64,000 nt of DNA from Octopus vulgaris (lineage: Eukaryota), in NCBI GenBank assembly GCA_951406725.2, contig OX597818.1:84692001-84756000 (forward strand), read 5' to 3'. Shown here one piece after another: positions 12,461 through 23,768 of the stretch. The translations under genes were made by a program, and so were the position numbers. The notes under the pieces were generated by a model. The model searched no databases, was not told the origin of the DNA, and saw only the letters and a list, made by a program, of their open reading frames with translations. Positions within the stretch are counted from its first letter, which is position 1; every line of letters begins with the position of its first letter.

Positions 12461-13060
12461 AAAGGCGGCGAGCTGGCAGAATCGTTAGCACGCCGGGCGA
12501 AATGCTTAGTATTTTGTCTGCCGCTACGTTCTGAGTTCAAATTCCGCCGAGGTCGACTTTGCCTTTCATCCTTTCGGGGTTGATTAAATAAGTACCACTT
12601 ACACACTGGGGTCGATATAATCGACTTAATCCGTTTGTATGTCCTTGCTTGTCCCTTCTGTGTTTAGCCCCTTGTGGGTCGTAAAGAAATAGGTATTTTG
12701 TCTGCTGTTACGGTATGAGTTCAAATTCCGCCGTTGTCGACTTAGCCTTTCTTCCTTTCGGGGTCGATAAATAAAGTACCAGTTACGCACTGGGGTCGAT
12801 ATAATCGACTTAATCCGTTTGTCTGTCCTTGTTTGTTCCTTCTGTGTTTAGCCCCATTGTGGGTAGTAAAGAAATAGGTATTTTGTCTGCTGTTACGGTC
12901 TGAGTTCAAATTCCGCCGTTGTCGACTTAGCCTTTCTTCCTTTCGGGATCGATAAATAAAGTACCAGTTACGCACTGGGGTCGATATAATCGACTTAATC
13001 CGTTTGTCTGTCCTTGTTCGTCCCCTCTGTGTGTAGCCCCTTGTGGGTAGTTAAGAAATA
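12461..13060 (+). mobile_element. SINE family A head-to-tail trimer with a 17-bp TSD
   Basis: One tRNA head (GGCGGCGAGCTGGCAGAATCGTTAGCACGCCGGG...GAGTTCAAATTCC) followed by two further ~185-bp units lacking the A box. AGAAACTACCAATTAAT occurs at 12444-12460 and 13061-13077. Confidence 0.92.
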
Positions 13061-14059
13061 AGAAACTACCAATTAATGATAAACATTATTAATTGAAACC
13101 AGAACTACAGAATGGAATAATCTGGTAACATTCTGACTTGGATCTGGCGATGAATTGATCTGGCAACGAACTCTCCTAGCCTCGAATTAATCTGGTGATG
13201 TGTTCGTCAAACAACGCTCGCAAAACATCGGTTGTAGAAACAGGAGCAACAACAACAGTTGAAGTAATAATGGTTTCAAATGTTGGCACAAGTCGATTGC
13301 ATTGATCCCGATATGCAACAGGTACTTATTTTATCGACTCCTAAGGGATGGATGGCAAAATTCGACCCCGGCGGAATTTGAACTCAGAATGCATGTGCTA
13401 TGAACACATATCGTCTAATGGGCATAGGTCATTCTCCGAAGACGAAAAGCAGCAGTCATCATATATACACATTCGAATCTGCACTGCAGGTACTATTATA
13501 ATTCATCAGATTTTCTTCCCTAGAACTTTCTATCAACCCAGTTTTAGTAACGTGGCTCTAGACGATTCAACTTTATGCGTAAAAACAAGCCATGCAGTCG
13601 AATCCAAATTAGAACCTCATTACCGAGATAAGCGAATTTCATAACTGCTTGGTCATGAGCTCACATACCATGTCCCTACACATGATGATATGCGCATGAA
13701 GGTACGCATGTATACCAATACGTGTATACGCTTGAGTCTAAACCTCTGCATTCATACATCCGTAATGCGTATTAACTCTTTTCATCACGTACGGACATGC
13801 TCATCGATACACACATCTACGGCTCGTGTTTGCACACCTATACATGCCTGTCCATGACGCATCGCATACCATCGCCACCTTCATCTTCATCAATTGTACA
13901 GGGTGCTGCTATATAACAACAACGACAACACACACACACACACACACCCTTAACTGTTAAAGAGCTCCGTTGCAACATGTAGGGCTTGTTGGAAAATTAA
14001 TGTAATTATCAAAATTAATCAGAATTCTTAAAAGTGTTCTTATGTCCCAGCCAATGCTG

Positions 14060-14218
14060 ACATCACCAGCGCCACATCGGCAGCTACCGCCGCCGCCGCC
14101 GCCACCACTACCACCAGTACCATCATCACCGCCGCCGCCGCCTTTACCGCTACCACCACCCGACTATTATCTTCGTCATTAATTTTACCAACGCTAATAC
14201 CATCAACACCAACATCAC

Positions 14219-14260
<42 letters not shown>

Positions 14261-14860
14261 TGTCATCATCATCAGCAGCAGTATCAGTAGGAGCAGCAGC
14301 AACAGCTTTGGTAGCATCAATATAACCAGCATCAGTTATATATCAGATTCTACCCTGCTTCTAATGCCAGCACAACCAACAACACCATCATGAACCACAT
14401 CATCAGAATCATCATCATCATCGTTGTCATCGTCATTATTATCATCGATAAGCACCACTACTACGAATGCCGTCATCAGCATCGTCGTCATCATCATCAG
14501 TATCACCATCACCACCATCTTCACAATCGTCATCATTATCATGTTATCATCACTGCCGCCGTCGTCGTCAGCATCGTCATTATCAGCATCATTCTCCTCA
14601 TCGACGTCATCGTCATCATTATCATCATCATCATCATCATCGTTTCGTTGTCGTCATCTTCGTCAACAACGTCAGCATCGTTAATGTTGTCCTCATCATC
14701 AACATCATAATAATTCTTGTCATCGTCGCCGACGTCTTTGTCACCGTCATCATCATCGTAAACGCCTTAAATCCTCGTTGCTATCTTCACCGCTTTCTCG
14801 ACGAAGATTAATTAGAAAATGTGACCACCATCATCACCAAAACTACTACTACCATCGCTT
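14060..14860. repeat. Low-complexity (ATC/ACC/GTC)n tract
   Basis: Degenerate trinucleotide repeats. Confidence 0.9.
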
Positions 14861-14966
14861 ACAGTTAAACGACTTCAAACGCTACGACCACTGACTAACA
14901 TGCTGAAACAACAACCAATACCACCGGTTCAAACACTGACCAAAACCATAGTCACAAATGATACAC

Positions 14967-15125
<159 letters not shown>

Positions 15126-15527
15126 CGAGGAATCACGGTATTTTTTCATAGCGTTTTTTTCAGATGGCCAGATAACCGAAGAGATGGTGTTGTGGATTTC
15201 TACTTCGGCATCCAAAACTCAGAGTTTTATCTTCGCTATTGAATAATGATAACATATTAATTTACAGATACATTTCCTCTATTTACATAATATTGAGGCA
15301 TCTTTCTTTTTTTTGTTATCTTACCGTTTTTACCAATATATATATATATATATATAAATATTTATATTTATATATATATATATGTATATGTATACATGTA
15401 CATATATATATAAATATAAAAATGTGTATATATATGCATATGCATATGCATATCTATGTATATGCATAATATAAATATATATATATATATAAATATATAT
15501 GTATATATGTATATATTTTTGTATTTA

Positions 15528-15597
<70 letters not shown>

Positions 15598-15601
<4 letters not shown>

Positions 15602-16180
15602 AAGTATAGAAGCCATCTTATCATGGCTAACCACATTGGGGAGGGGGTGTTACTGTAGCTTTATAGCCCCAAGAGATCTTCGTCTCTAGCTGGCTTTAGA
15701 CGCAATATCAGTGTCCTTGGAGTATTTGCAAAGGGAGGCCATCCCTTCCTCGCAAGCCTGAGTAATACGCTCGAACTAGTTTCGGATTGTTGTCCCTCGT
15801 CAACGGGCGGTAACCACCAGGTCGCGATGAAAGTGAAGGCTTCTTTGCAAATATGTATAAGTTTTTCTAATGGCGTCTGCCACTAATGTCGAAAAACGAA
15901 CAGTAAGCATAATTAAATCTCAGGATGAGATTGAAACAGTAATCGCTCGATAATGTAAAGTATAGAAGCCATCTTATCATGGCTAACCACATTGGGGAGG
16001 GGGTGAAAATACTCCAAGGACACTGATATTGTGTCTAAAGCCAGCTAGAGACGAAGATCTCTTGGGGCTAGAAAGCTACAGTAACACCCCCTCCCCAATG
16101 TGGTTAGCCATGATAAGATGGCTTCTATACTTTACATTATCGAGCGATTACTGTTTCAATCTCATCCTGAGATTTAATTA
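15598..16180. mobile_element. Penelope-like terminal-repeat structure (direct and inverted copies) with a hammerhead-like motif
   Basis: TGTAAAGTATAGAAGCC...GGGGAGGGGGTG occurs at 15598 and again at ~15954. 16008-16180 is the reverse complement of the unit. A hammerhead-like motif lies on the minus strand at 15768-15809. Confidence 0.72.
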
Positions 16181-16184
16181 TACC

Positions 16185-16218
<34 letters not shown>

Positions 16219-16540
16219 CATATATATATAGATATATATATATTCATATAATATAAATATACTCACTAATTATTATACATATGTGTTTTATGTTTTCTCA
16301 GTTTCAGCTCAAAGCTGTGACCATGCTGGGGTACGACGGTTTAAGGTGAGGACGCTCACGTGCGGGCAGACAAGGAGGCGGCGGCGGATCATTGGAGACA
16401 CGCCGGCCATATATGGTCGAGAGGCGCGTGCTCGCAAAGGCGGTCGCTGTTCAGAAGAGAGCGACGAGAACCACTTCTATACATTTACCTCGTCCAATCA
16501 GCAATATCCTATAATATATTCATATATAGTTAGATATACT

Positions 16541-16627
<87 letters not shown>

Positions 16628-17045
16628 GGATGGGTGATTGAATGGATTGATAAATAGACATATAGACAGACAGACAGATAGACAAGTAGATATATAAATT
16701 GGTAGATCGATAGATAGACAGATACAGAGACAGATAGACAGAGAGACAGTTAGACAGTTAGACAGACAGACAGACAGACAGATAGAGATATACATAAAGA
16801 GAGAGAGATGCTTTGATTAAAAGTAGAAGCGCGGAAATCGAGTATGGATGGCGTAGAATCTCCGTTTATAATTACAGTTATTATTAATACTACAGTATGG
16901 TAACGTAGAGTTAATAAGGTCCATAAATCATTATCTCCACGTAGTATACCGAGTATTATTCATGTCTGCATATGTCTTTGTTGTATGGATGTGTATGCGT
17001 GTGTATGCATTTAGAGATGCATATATACATATACATTCATACATA

Positions 17046-17102
<57 letters not shown>

Positions 17103-17218
17103 TTGTACGTATTTATGTGTATGTCTGCATATATATATATATATATATATGCATGCAAGTGTACATATACATTCATATGCCTATTTAAATATACTAGCAT
17201 GAATATATATATATACAT

Positions 17219-17318
<100 letters not shown>

Positions 17319-18584
17319 TGTCTGTGCATGCATATGTGGTTGAGGTAATTTATACGAAATTAACAGGATTTATACAACTAAACTGTGGTTTCCTTCGGTC
17401 GAAAATATACCTCATCACTTTTGAAAGCAATAATCTAACTTTCACCAGTGAATGCGATGTAAATCTTCGTTTAACGTCTATGACTTTCCGGGGTGTAGAG
17501 CTCATCATTAAGATTTTATTGACAACTGGAAACTGATATTTCTAAACTTTTCTCTTTTTAAGGATTTGTTGAACAGTCTGTTGGATTAATGGCCGCGAAG
17601 TGTTTCCAAACTAGATATAGACTTTGTATGGGGAGTTTTACCATACAACAATTATTTTGTAAGTGTTTCTAACGTGTTTGTTAGGTAAACATGATAAGGT
17701 CTTTACTGTTCCTTCGCATCGGCTGCAAATTTATGCCTAGCAGTAGTACTCTGCAACTCTATTACGAGAGACTTCGTCAGTAAATAATGCAGTTATTCTA
17801 TTGATGATGCGTAATAGTATATAACTAATGATGTTCGACGGGCGGTTCAACCAACGATAATACTGAGGTAATCTGCAGATGCTTGAAAAAGTTACCTGGT
17901 GATACCATAAGCTTCAATACAAAATTTTAAGAACCGATTCACGGTTTAATGGAAAACTTACTAATATTATTAATTGATATAGTTTCTGTTATACTGTTTC
18001 ATGATTTGAGACATGCATTATACATGCACGTACACGCTACACATGCACAAATACAAATATATACACAGAGAGAATCACACGCACACATACACACACATGA
18101 TCTAGCGTGTTCACAGGATGTCACACATGCGCATGCGCAAAGGAATAATCGTATCAGTAACATACATCTCTACGGTGAAATGGTAAATACATACACGCAT
18201 GCGCACACACACAAGCACACACACATTTGTATATATAGACACTCTGAAATATTATTATAGTTAATTTTTAATCCGGCTTTTGCATGTAATATTGTAATAT
18301 TCAAATGCTGTTTTACTGATTCTTATTGAAGATATCAGGGGTAGTATCACTCAAACTTTGTCTGTTACGTTCACATACATGCACACAAAATATGTGGAAA
18401 ATATACACTCACTCAAATGGATTGAACATGTTTCACGTTGATTCTGCCTGAAGAAGGCATTAAGGGTAATGTGAAGTTATCAACCGTAAATGAGCAAATA
18501 GTTTAAGACTCATCAACGACACCGAAGTTTACGTTTCTCTGCTTGCTGCTGCTTATGATAATAACAATGGGCGGGTGTTGCTCA

Positions 18585-18727
18585 ACTGGTACCTAATTCA
18601 TGCACCCCGAAAGAATGGAAGGCAACATTGACTTTGATGGAATTTGAACTCAGGACATAAAGAGCCAAAAGAAATACCGCTAAGCATTTTGTCCGATGCG
18701 CTAAAGTCTCTGCCAACTCGCCGCCTT
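18585..18727 (-). mobile_element. SINE family A copy
   Basis: CCCCGAAAGAATGGAAGGC...GAATTTGAACTCAGG...CTGCCAACTCGCCGCCTT. Confidence 0.8.
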
Positions 18728-18819
18728 GGTAATGATAGTTATGATAATGTGGAGGAGGAGGAGGAGGGATAAGTGCAGGAGAAAGACGAGAGACGGGGGT
18801 AGTAGTAAGGAGGAGTAGA

Positions 18820-19880
18820 AAGAGAAGAAGAAGAAGGAGGAGGAGGAGGAGGAGGAGAAGAAGAAGAAGAAGAAGAAGAAGAAGAAGAAGAAGAAGAAGA
18901 AGAAGAAGAAGAAGAAGAAGAAGGCAAATAGTAAATAAGTAAAAAAAAATTGTTGCAAGCAAAGCTACTTACCTAAGATTATAGCAAATCCTTAAGGTGG
19001 CTGTTTAATACTTGAAACTGGCTTAGTTACATGTCCTGTTGCTTCTCGTGTAGGATGGTTAAGAGGTAGGCGTTAATGATGGAACGGATTAGAGGTTAGT
19101 TGGTGTTGCTATTTAGAGAAGGAGTGAGGGAGCTGGGAGCTTTTTTTGAGGGTGGGGAGTGCAAAATACAAGTCAGGGTAATGTACATTGAGAGAATAGA
19201 GGATTAATGGAAGGATGGATAGTCGGTGTGAGGGGAGAGAAATATATATAAAGAACAGGTTGAGAGATGAGAGGGTTGTCGGAATGGGGGGGAGGATAGA
19301 AAGGTGGTTAAGGAGGAGGTGAAGAAGAAGGGAATGACGGGTGGGTAGAGGGAGGAGGAAGAGGAAGATGGGAAAAGAGGAGGAGGAGAAGAAAAAAGAA
19401 GGTGGAGAAGAAGAAAAAGAAGAAGAAGAAGGAGAAGAAGAAGAAGAAGAAGAAGAAGAAGAAGAAGAAGAAGAAGAAGAAGAAGAAGAAGAAGAAGAAG
19501 AAGAAGAAGAGCAACAATGACAATAACAACTACTACTACTGCCACCGCTACTATTATTACTACATAAAGAGGAAGAAGGAGAAGAAGAAAGAAGAAGGAA
19601 GAAGAAGAAGAAGAAGAAGAAGAAGAAGAAGAAGAAGAAGAAGAAGAAAAGGCATCGAAAAAGAGAGGGAAGTGGAGGGAAAGGAAAGAAGGAAAAAGAA
19701 CAACCACAAGCAAAGGGGACTAAAACATGAAGAAAAAGAAAAGGAAAAGAAGGAATAACAAAATGAAGAAACAGAAGAATTGGAGGAAGGAGAAGTAGAA
19801 TTGCAAGATGAAGGGAAGATCGAGGAGTAGGAAGAAAAGAAGGAAGATAACGAAAATGAGCAGGAGGAGCAGAGTACATG
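18820..19880 (+). repeat. Purine-rich region with several (GAA)n/(GGA)n tracts
   Basis: GAA runs at about 18856-18922, 19405-19510 and 19598-19648. Confidence 0.9.
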
Positions 19881-19926
19881 CCATTTCAGGTTGTAGAAAC
19901 AGTTTCAAAAAACACAGTGATAGATA

Positions 19927-20067
19927 TAAGGTTGTCCCAAAAGTTCGTAGAAAGTCTTGGAAAATAATGGTCTTTATTTTGAGGAATAATTTTTGTTGTT
20001 TTTGTTAGTACTTGGCGAGTAAAAATTCAAATTTCGCAAGTGTTTACGAACTTTTGGGACAACCTAA
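19927..20067. mobile_element. mariner-type MITE (141 bp) with TA TSD
   Basis: TA|TAAGGTTGTCCCAAAAGTTCGTA ... TACGAACTTTTGGGACAACCTAA|TA terminal inverted repeats. Confidence 0.88.
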
Positions 20068-20807
20068 TAATACGATTGTAGTGCAACCGAAATGAATGAA
20101 GTCCACAGCACTGTCTAGACAATTAATCATGCACCTGCAGCCTTAGGGATGATACCTACATATTTCCGTAATAATGAAAGCAATATATATGTTAGAAACA
20201 GCAGCTTAAAATACCAAGGAAAAATGACATAACAAATGCAAACTCGATACCGTAAAGTATCGTTTAATAGTCGATTATATACTTTCATTGATACCTTACT
20301 GCTAATATCACAATTCTATTTCCTTTTAATAGTTACACTAATTAACCTTTTAATAGATATTTTAATTAACTTTCTTGTTGTAATGGTTATTTTAATTAAC
20401 CTCTTACTTACATTAGTTACATCGCTTCAGGTCGTTTCACCGACTGCAAATTTCACACGTCCACACATTCATCTGCCTGCTATTTCGCTTATCATGTCTC
20501 AATCAACTAGTCTCGCTACCCTGGAGCAAACTCATCATGATTTAAAATATTCAATCCATTACATTTATTGAGCTTAGATCGCTTTTATAAATTATTGTGA
20601 TTTCAAGACTGAATCTAATTTTAAATTTCCTTCAAATCAAGTTAACTCGTCTTTGAAGATGGTCACATACATAGCCAATATTTCTTCACACTTTCTGTAA
20701 GAAATGTTTTCATATTCCGGTTACATTATTTCTTTCAGGTCCGCAAATGTACAAGTCCACAGCTATATATAACAGTATATATTGCAATAGGTCCATTCGC
20801 TGTATAT

Positions 20808-21330
20808 CAACGGTTCCCAAAGTAGACGATACAGCTCACCCACCTGCAGGCAGTGAGAAGATCCAGGGGGTGTTGAAGAAAGGTGATGCAATAACAGGGT
20901 GGCCAAAATGGGGTGATGGATGTAAAAACAACAAGATAATAATACAGTTCTATATTTAAGAAATGAAGAATTATGCACATGATTTACATTATATACATTT
21001 GACGGACATTTGTCCTCATCTTGTTTGTTGCTATCCTAACGTTTTGGCTGATATACAGTTCCCCAAGACACCTGATGAAGGCTGGAGGGTATATCAGCCG
21101 AAACGTTGTTAACAACAAACAAGATGAGGACAAATATCCGTCAAATGTAAATAATGTAAATAATGAGCAAAATAATAGGTTAATTAGGTTAAGTTTTATT
21201 CCTGAAATACAATTATTTTGAATTTGCTTCAGAAAATGGTTTATGATTGTAGTGGTGAGTGGAGGAATGAGCTAGGAATTTGAACTGGGTGTCAAGAGGG
21301 TAGCAGCCCGAAAATGCTTGGGTACCACTG
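20808..21330. mobile_element. hAT-type non-autonomous element with an 8-bp TSD and a nested palindrome
   Basis: Ends are CAACGGTTCCCAA and TTGGGTACCACTG. Flanks CTGTATAT (20800-20807) and CTTTATAT (21331-21338) match at 7 of 8 positions. Confidence 0.75.
20948..21165. mobile_element. Penelope-like inverted terminal structure with a hammerhead-like motif
   Basis: ATTTACATT...GACGGACATTTGTCCTCATCTTGTTTGTTG...GGCTGATATAC pairs with GTATATCAGCC...CAACAAACAAGATGAGGACAAATATCCGTC...AATGTAAAT. It contains CTGATGA-A-GGCTG...CAGCC-GAAAC-GTT. A related fragment is at ~22630-22685. Confidence 0.72.
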
Positions 21331-21837
21331 CTTTATATCTTTATCCATTTTTTTTCTTTTCGCTTGTTTTAGTCATTGCCTTGCGGTCATGCTGGGGTAC
21401 CACCTTGAAAAGTGTAGTCGCATAAATTGATCCCAATACTTATTTTTAAAATCTGGTACATATTCTATCAGTCACTTTTACGGATACGTAAGTTGCCTCA
21501 AACTGTTGTCAAGCGGTGTGAGAGGACAAGCACAAACAAAAAAAATCACATATATTCAAGCATATATACATACATACATACATACATACATACAGTTTAG
21601 CTATGAATTGCTGCCCCACTACTTCTGCTCGTGATCAGAGATGCACATATCGTCAGCCACTAAGGGACATGCTCAACTGGTTAAGGTCAAACAACTGACA
21701 AGCAAATCTGTGGTATTGAGCAGAATATTTGCTGTAGCCCATCTTTTATACCAAGACAAAACAATGTACATGATAACACTTCCAATCAGTTAAGATCAGA
21801 AGCCATGAGAGCATTATTATCATCATCATCATCATCA

Positions 21838-21895
<58 letters not shown>

Positions 21896-21897
<2 letters not shown>

Positions 21898-22414
21898 TAT
21901 ATTTGACTTTTGCTTTATATTTGTACAAGTTGGCTCCAAGTCTCACCCAGAGACCTCAAGAGACAACAGGGTTGGAAGTTCATGTTGTTGTTATGCCTAG
22001 TGTGCCATATATTTGGGGGGTGGGGGTGTTGTACTAATGAATGTCTAAAAAAAAAATTTTTTTTTTTTTTAAACCGAAAATTATGTTTGTTTTAAACCTT
22101 GAGATTACATAGAAAGTATTTTGCGTAGGATATGAGCAGTTCCCATGAGCATTATCTTTTGAATTTCTGCCATTTTTGGGTTTCCTGGTATCTGAGTTAG
22201 GTAGCTATCTGCCCCTTTTGCTATCATTCCCAGGGCACCTATGACAACAGGTATTGTTTTAGTCTTCAGCTTCCACATTTTGCTGATTTCTATTTCAAGA
22301 TCTTTATATTTGCTCAGTTTTTGGTAGGTCTTGACAGATACGTTTATATCGATTGGAGATCTTTATATTTGCTCAGTTTTTGGTAGGTCTTGACAGATAC
22401 GTTTATATCGATTG
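21896..22414 (-). mobile_element. 5'-truncated R4/Dong-clade retrotransposon (RLE C-terminus + 3' UTR) in (TTA)n
   Basis: Hand translation of the minus strand: PIDINVSVKTYQKLSKYKDLEIEISKMWKLKTKTIPVVIGALGMIAKGADSYLTQIPGNPKMAEIQKIMLMGTAHILRKILSM*. (TTA)n lies on both sides, with a ~58-bp tandem duplication at the 5' junction. Confidence 0.9.
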
Positions 22415-22474
<60 letters not shown>

Positions 22475-22684
22475 TTGGCGCAGGAGTGGCTGTGTGGTAA
22501 GTAGCTTGCTTACCAACCATATGGTTCCGGGCTCAGTCCCACTGCGTTGCACCTTGGGCATGGATTATATATATATATATATACTGTATGAAATGTTGAA
22601 TCATTGATGGAATCCATTTCACAGAGCACCACAGAATAAATAATGCAAATAATGTACATAATTCCTCATCTCTTAAATATAGAA

Positions 22685-22772
<88 letters not shown>

Positions 22773-22784
22773 TTTATTACTTTT

Positions 22785-23090
22785 TTTTTCTTCTTTCAAA
22801 TTTGCTTCCATTTCTTGCCGAGTGTCTTCCCGACTCCTAGGGCAAAGAAACTCATAGTATACATTGGTAGGCCATTAAAACAAACTCAGTAGTTCGTTCA
22901 TTTTTTATTTTTTTTATTTTTTGAAGTTAAATTAAAATACATGAGCAGCAACAGTTCTCACATCGACAATGCTCTTCTCAATGCGTGTGATGTACCAGTT
23001 AAGACAATCTTTTGCACTTCTTGCAGGGATGGTAAGCCAGGGATCATTCTCATATAATTTCCGGTTCCCTTCTTGATCATTCCTAGTGTC
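22785..23090 (-). mobile_element. 5'-truncated R4/Dong-clade 3' fragment in (TTA)n
   Basis: Minus strand: TLGMIKKGTGNYMRMIPGLPSLQEVQKIVLTGTSHALRRALSM*, then 3' UTR. TTA repeats lie on both sides. Confidence 0.88.
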
Positions 23091-23133
<43 letters not shown>

Positions 23134-23139
23134 GTTGTT

Positions 23140-23665
23140 ATTGAGTGAGAGAGCAGTTCATGCCATCAAAGTGACACTGGGGTAAAATATACGAAGCCCA
23201 ATATACCCATCATGACTACCCTCCTGATAAGGGTACACCAGGTACATGCATCACAACCATATGTGAGCGACATGGTGATCTCATATCAAGATAAACAGCA
23301 CATGACCTTGCAGGTGGGGCCCAGTTAGAATTTTCTTCAGGTTGAGTAGCCCATCCCGCTCAAAAGGTCCCTGAATAAGGGTTGTTTAAGGATGTTGAAA
23401 GAACCACCCATGTTTCCAGAAGTGAATTATTCAGACCCCAAAGAATCCCTCTCAACACATGGCTATGATGCTCCCCCACTACTTCTGCTCGTGATCAGAG
23501 ATGCACATATCATCAGCCACTAAGGGACATGCTCAACTGGTTAAGGTCAAACAACTGACAAGCAAATCTGTGGTATTGAGCAGAATATTTGCTGTAGCCC
23601 ATACCAAGACAAAACAATGTACATGATAACACTTCCAATCAGTTAAGATCAGAAGCCATGACAGC
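23140..23665 (-). mobile_element. ~520-bp non-coding interspersed element flanked by (TTA)n
   Basis: Non-repetitive sequence between two TTA/ATC tracts. Its right ~210 bp recur at 21600-21812. Orientation is inferred. Confidence 0.6.
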
Positions 23666-23690
23666 ATTATTATCATCATCATCATCATCA

Positions 23691-23748
<58 letters not shown>

Positions 23749-23768
23749 CATTATTATTATTATTATTT

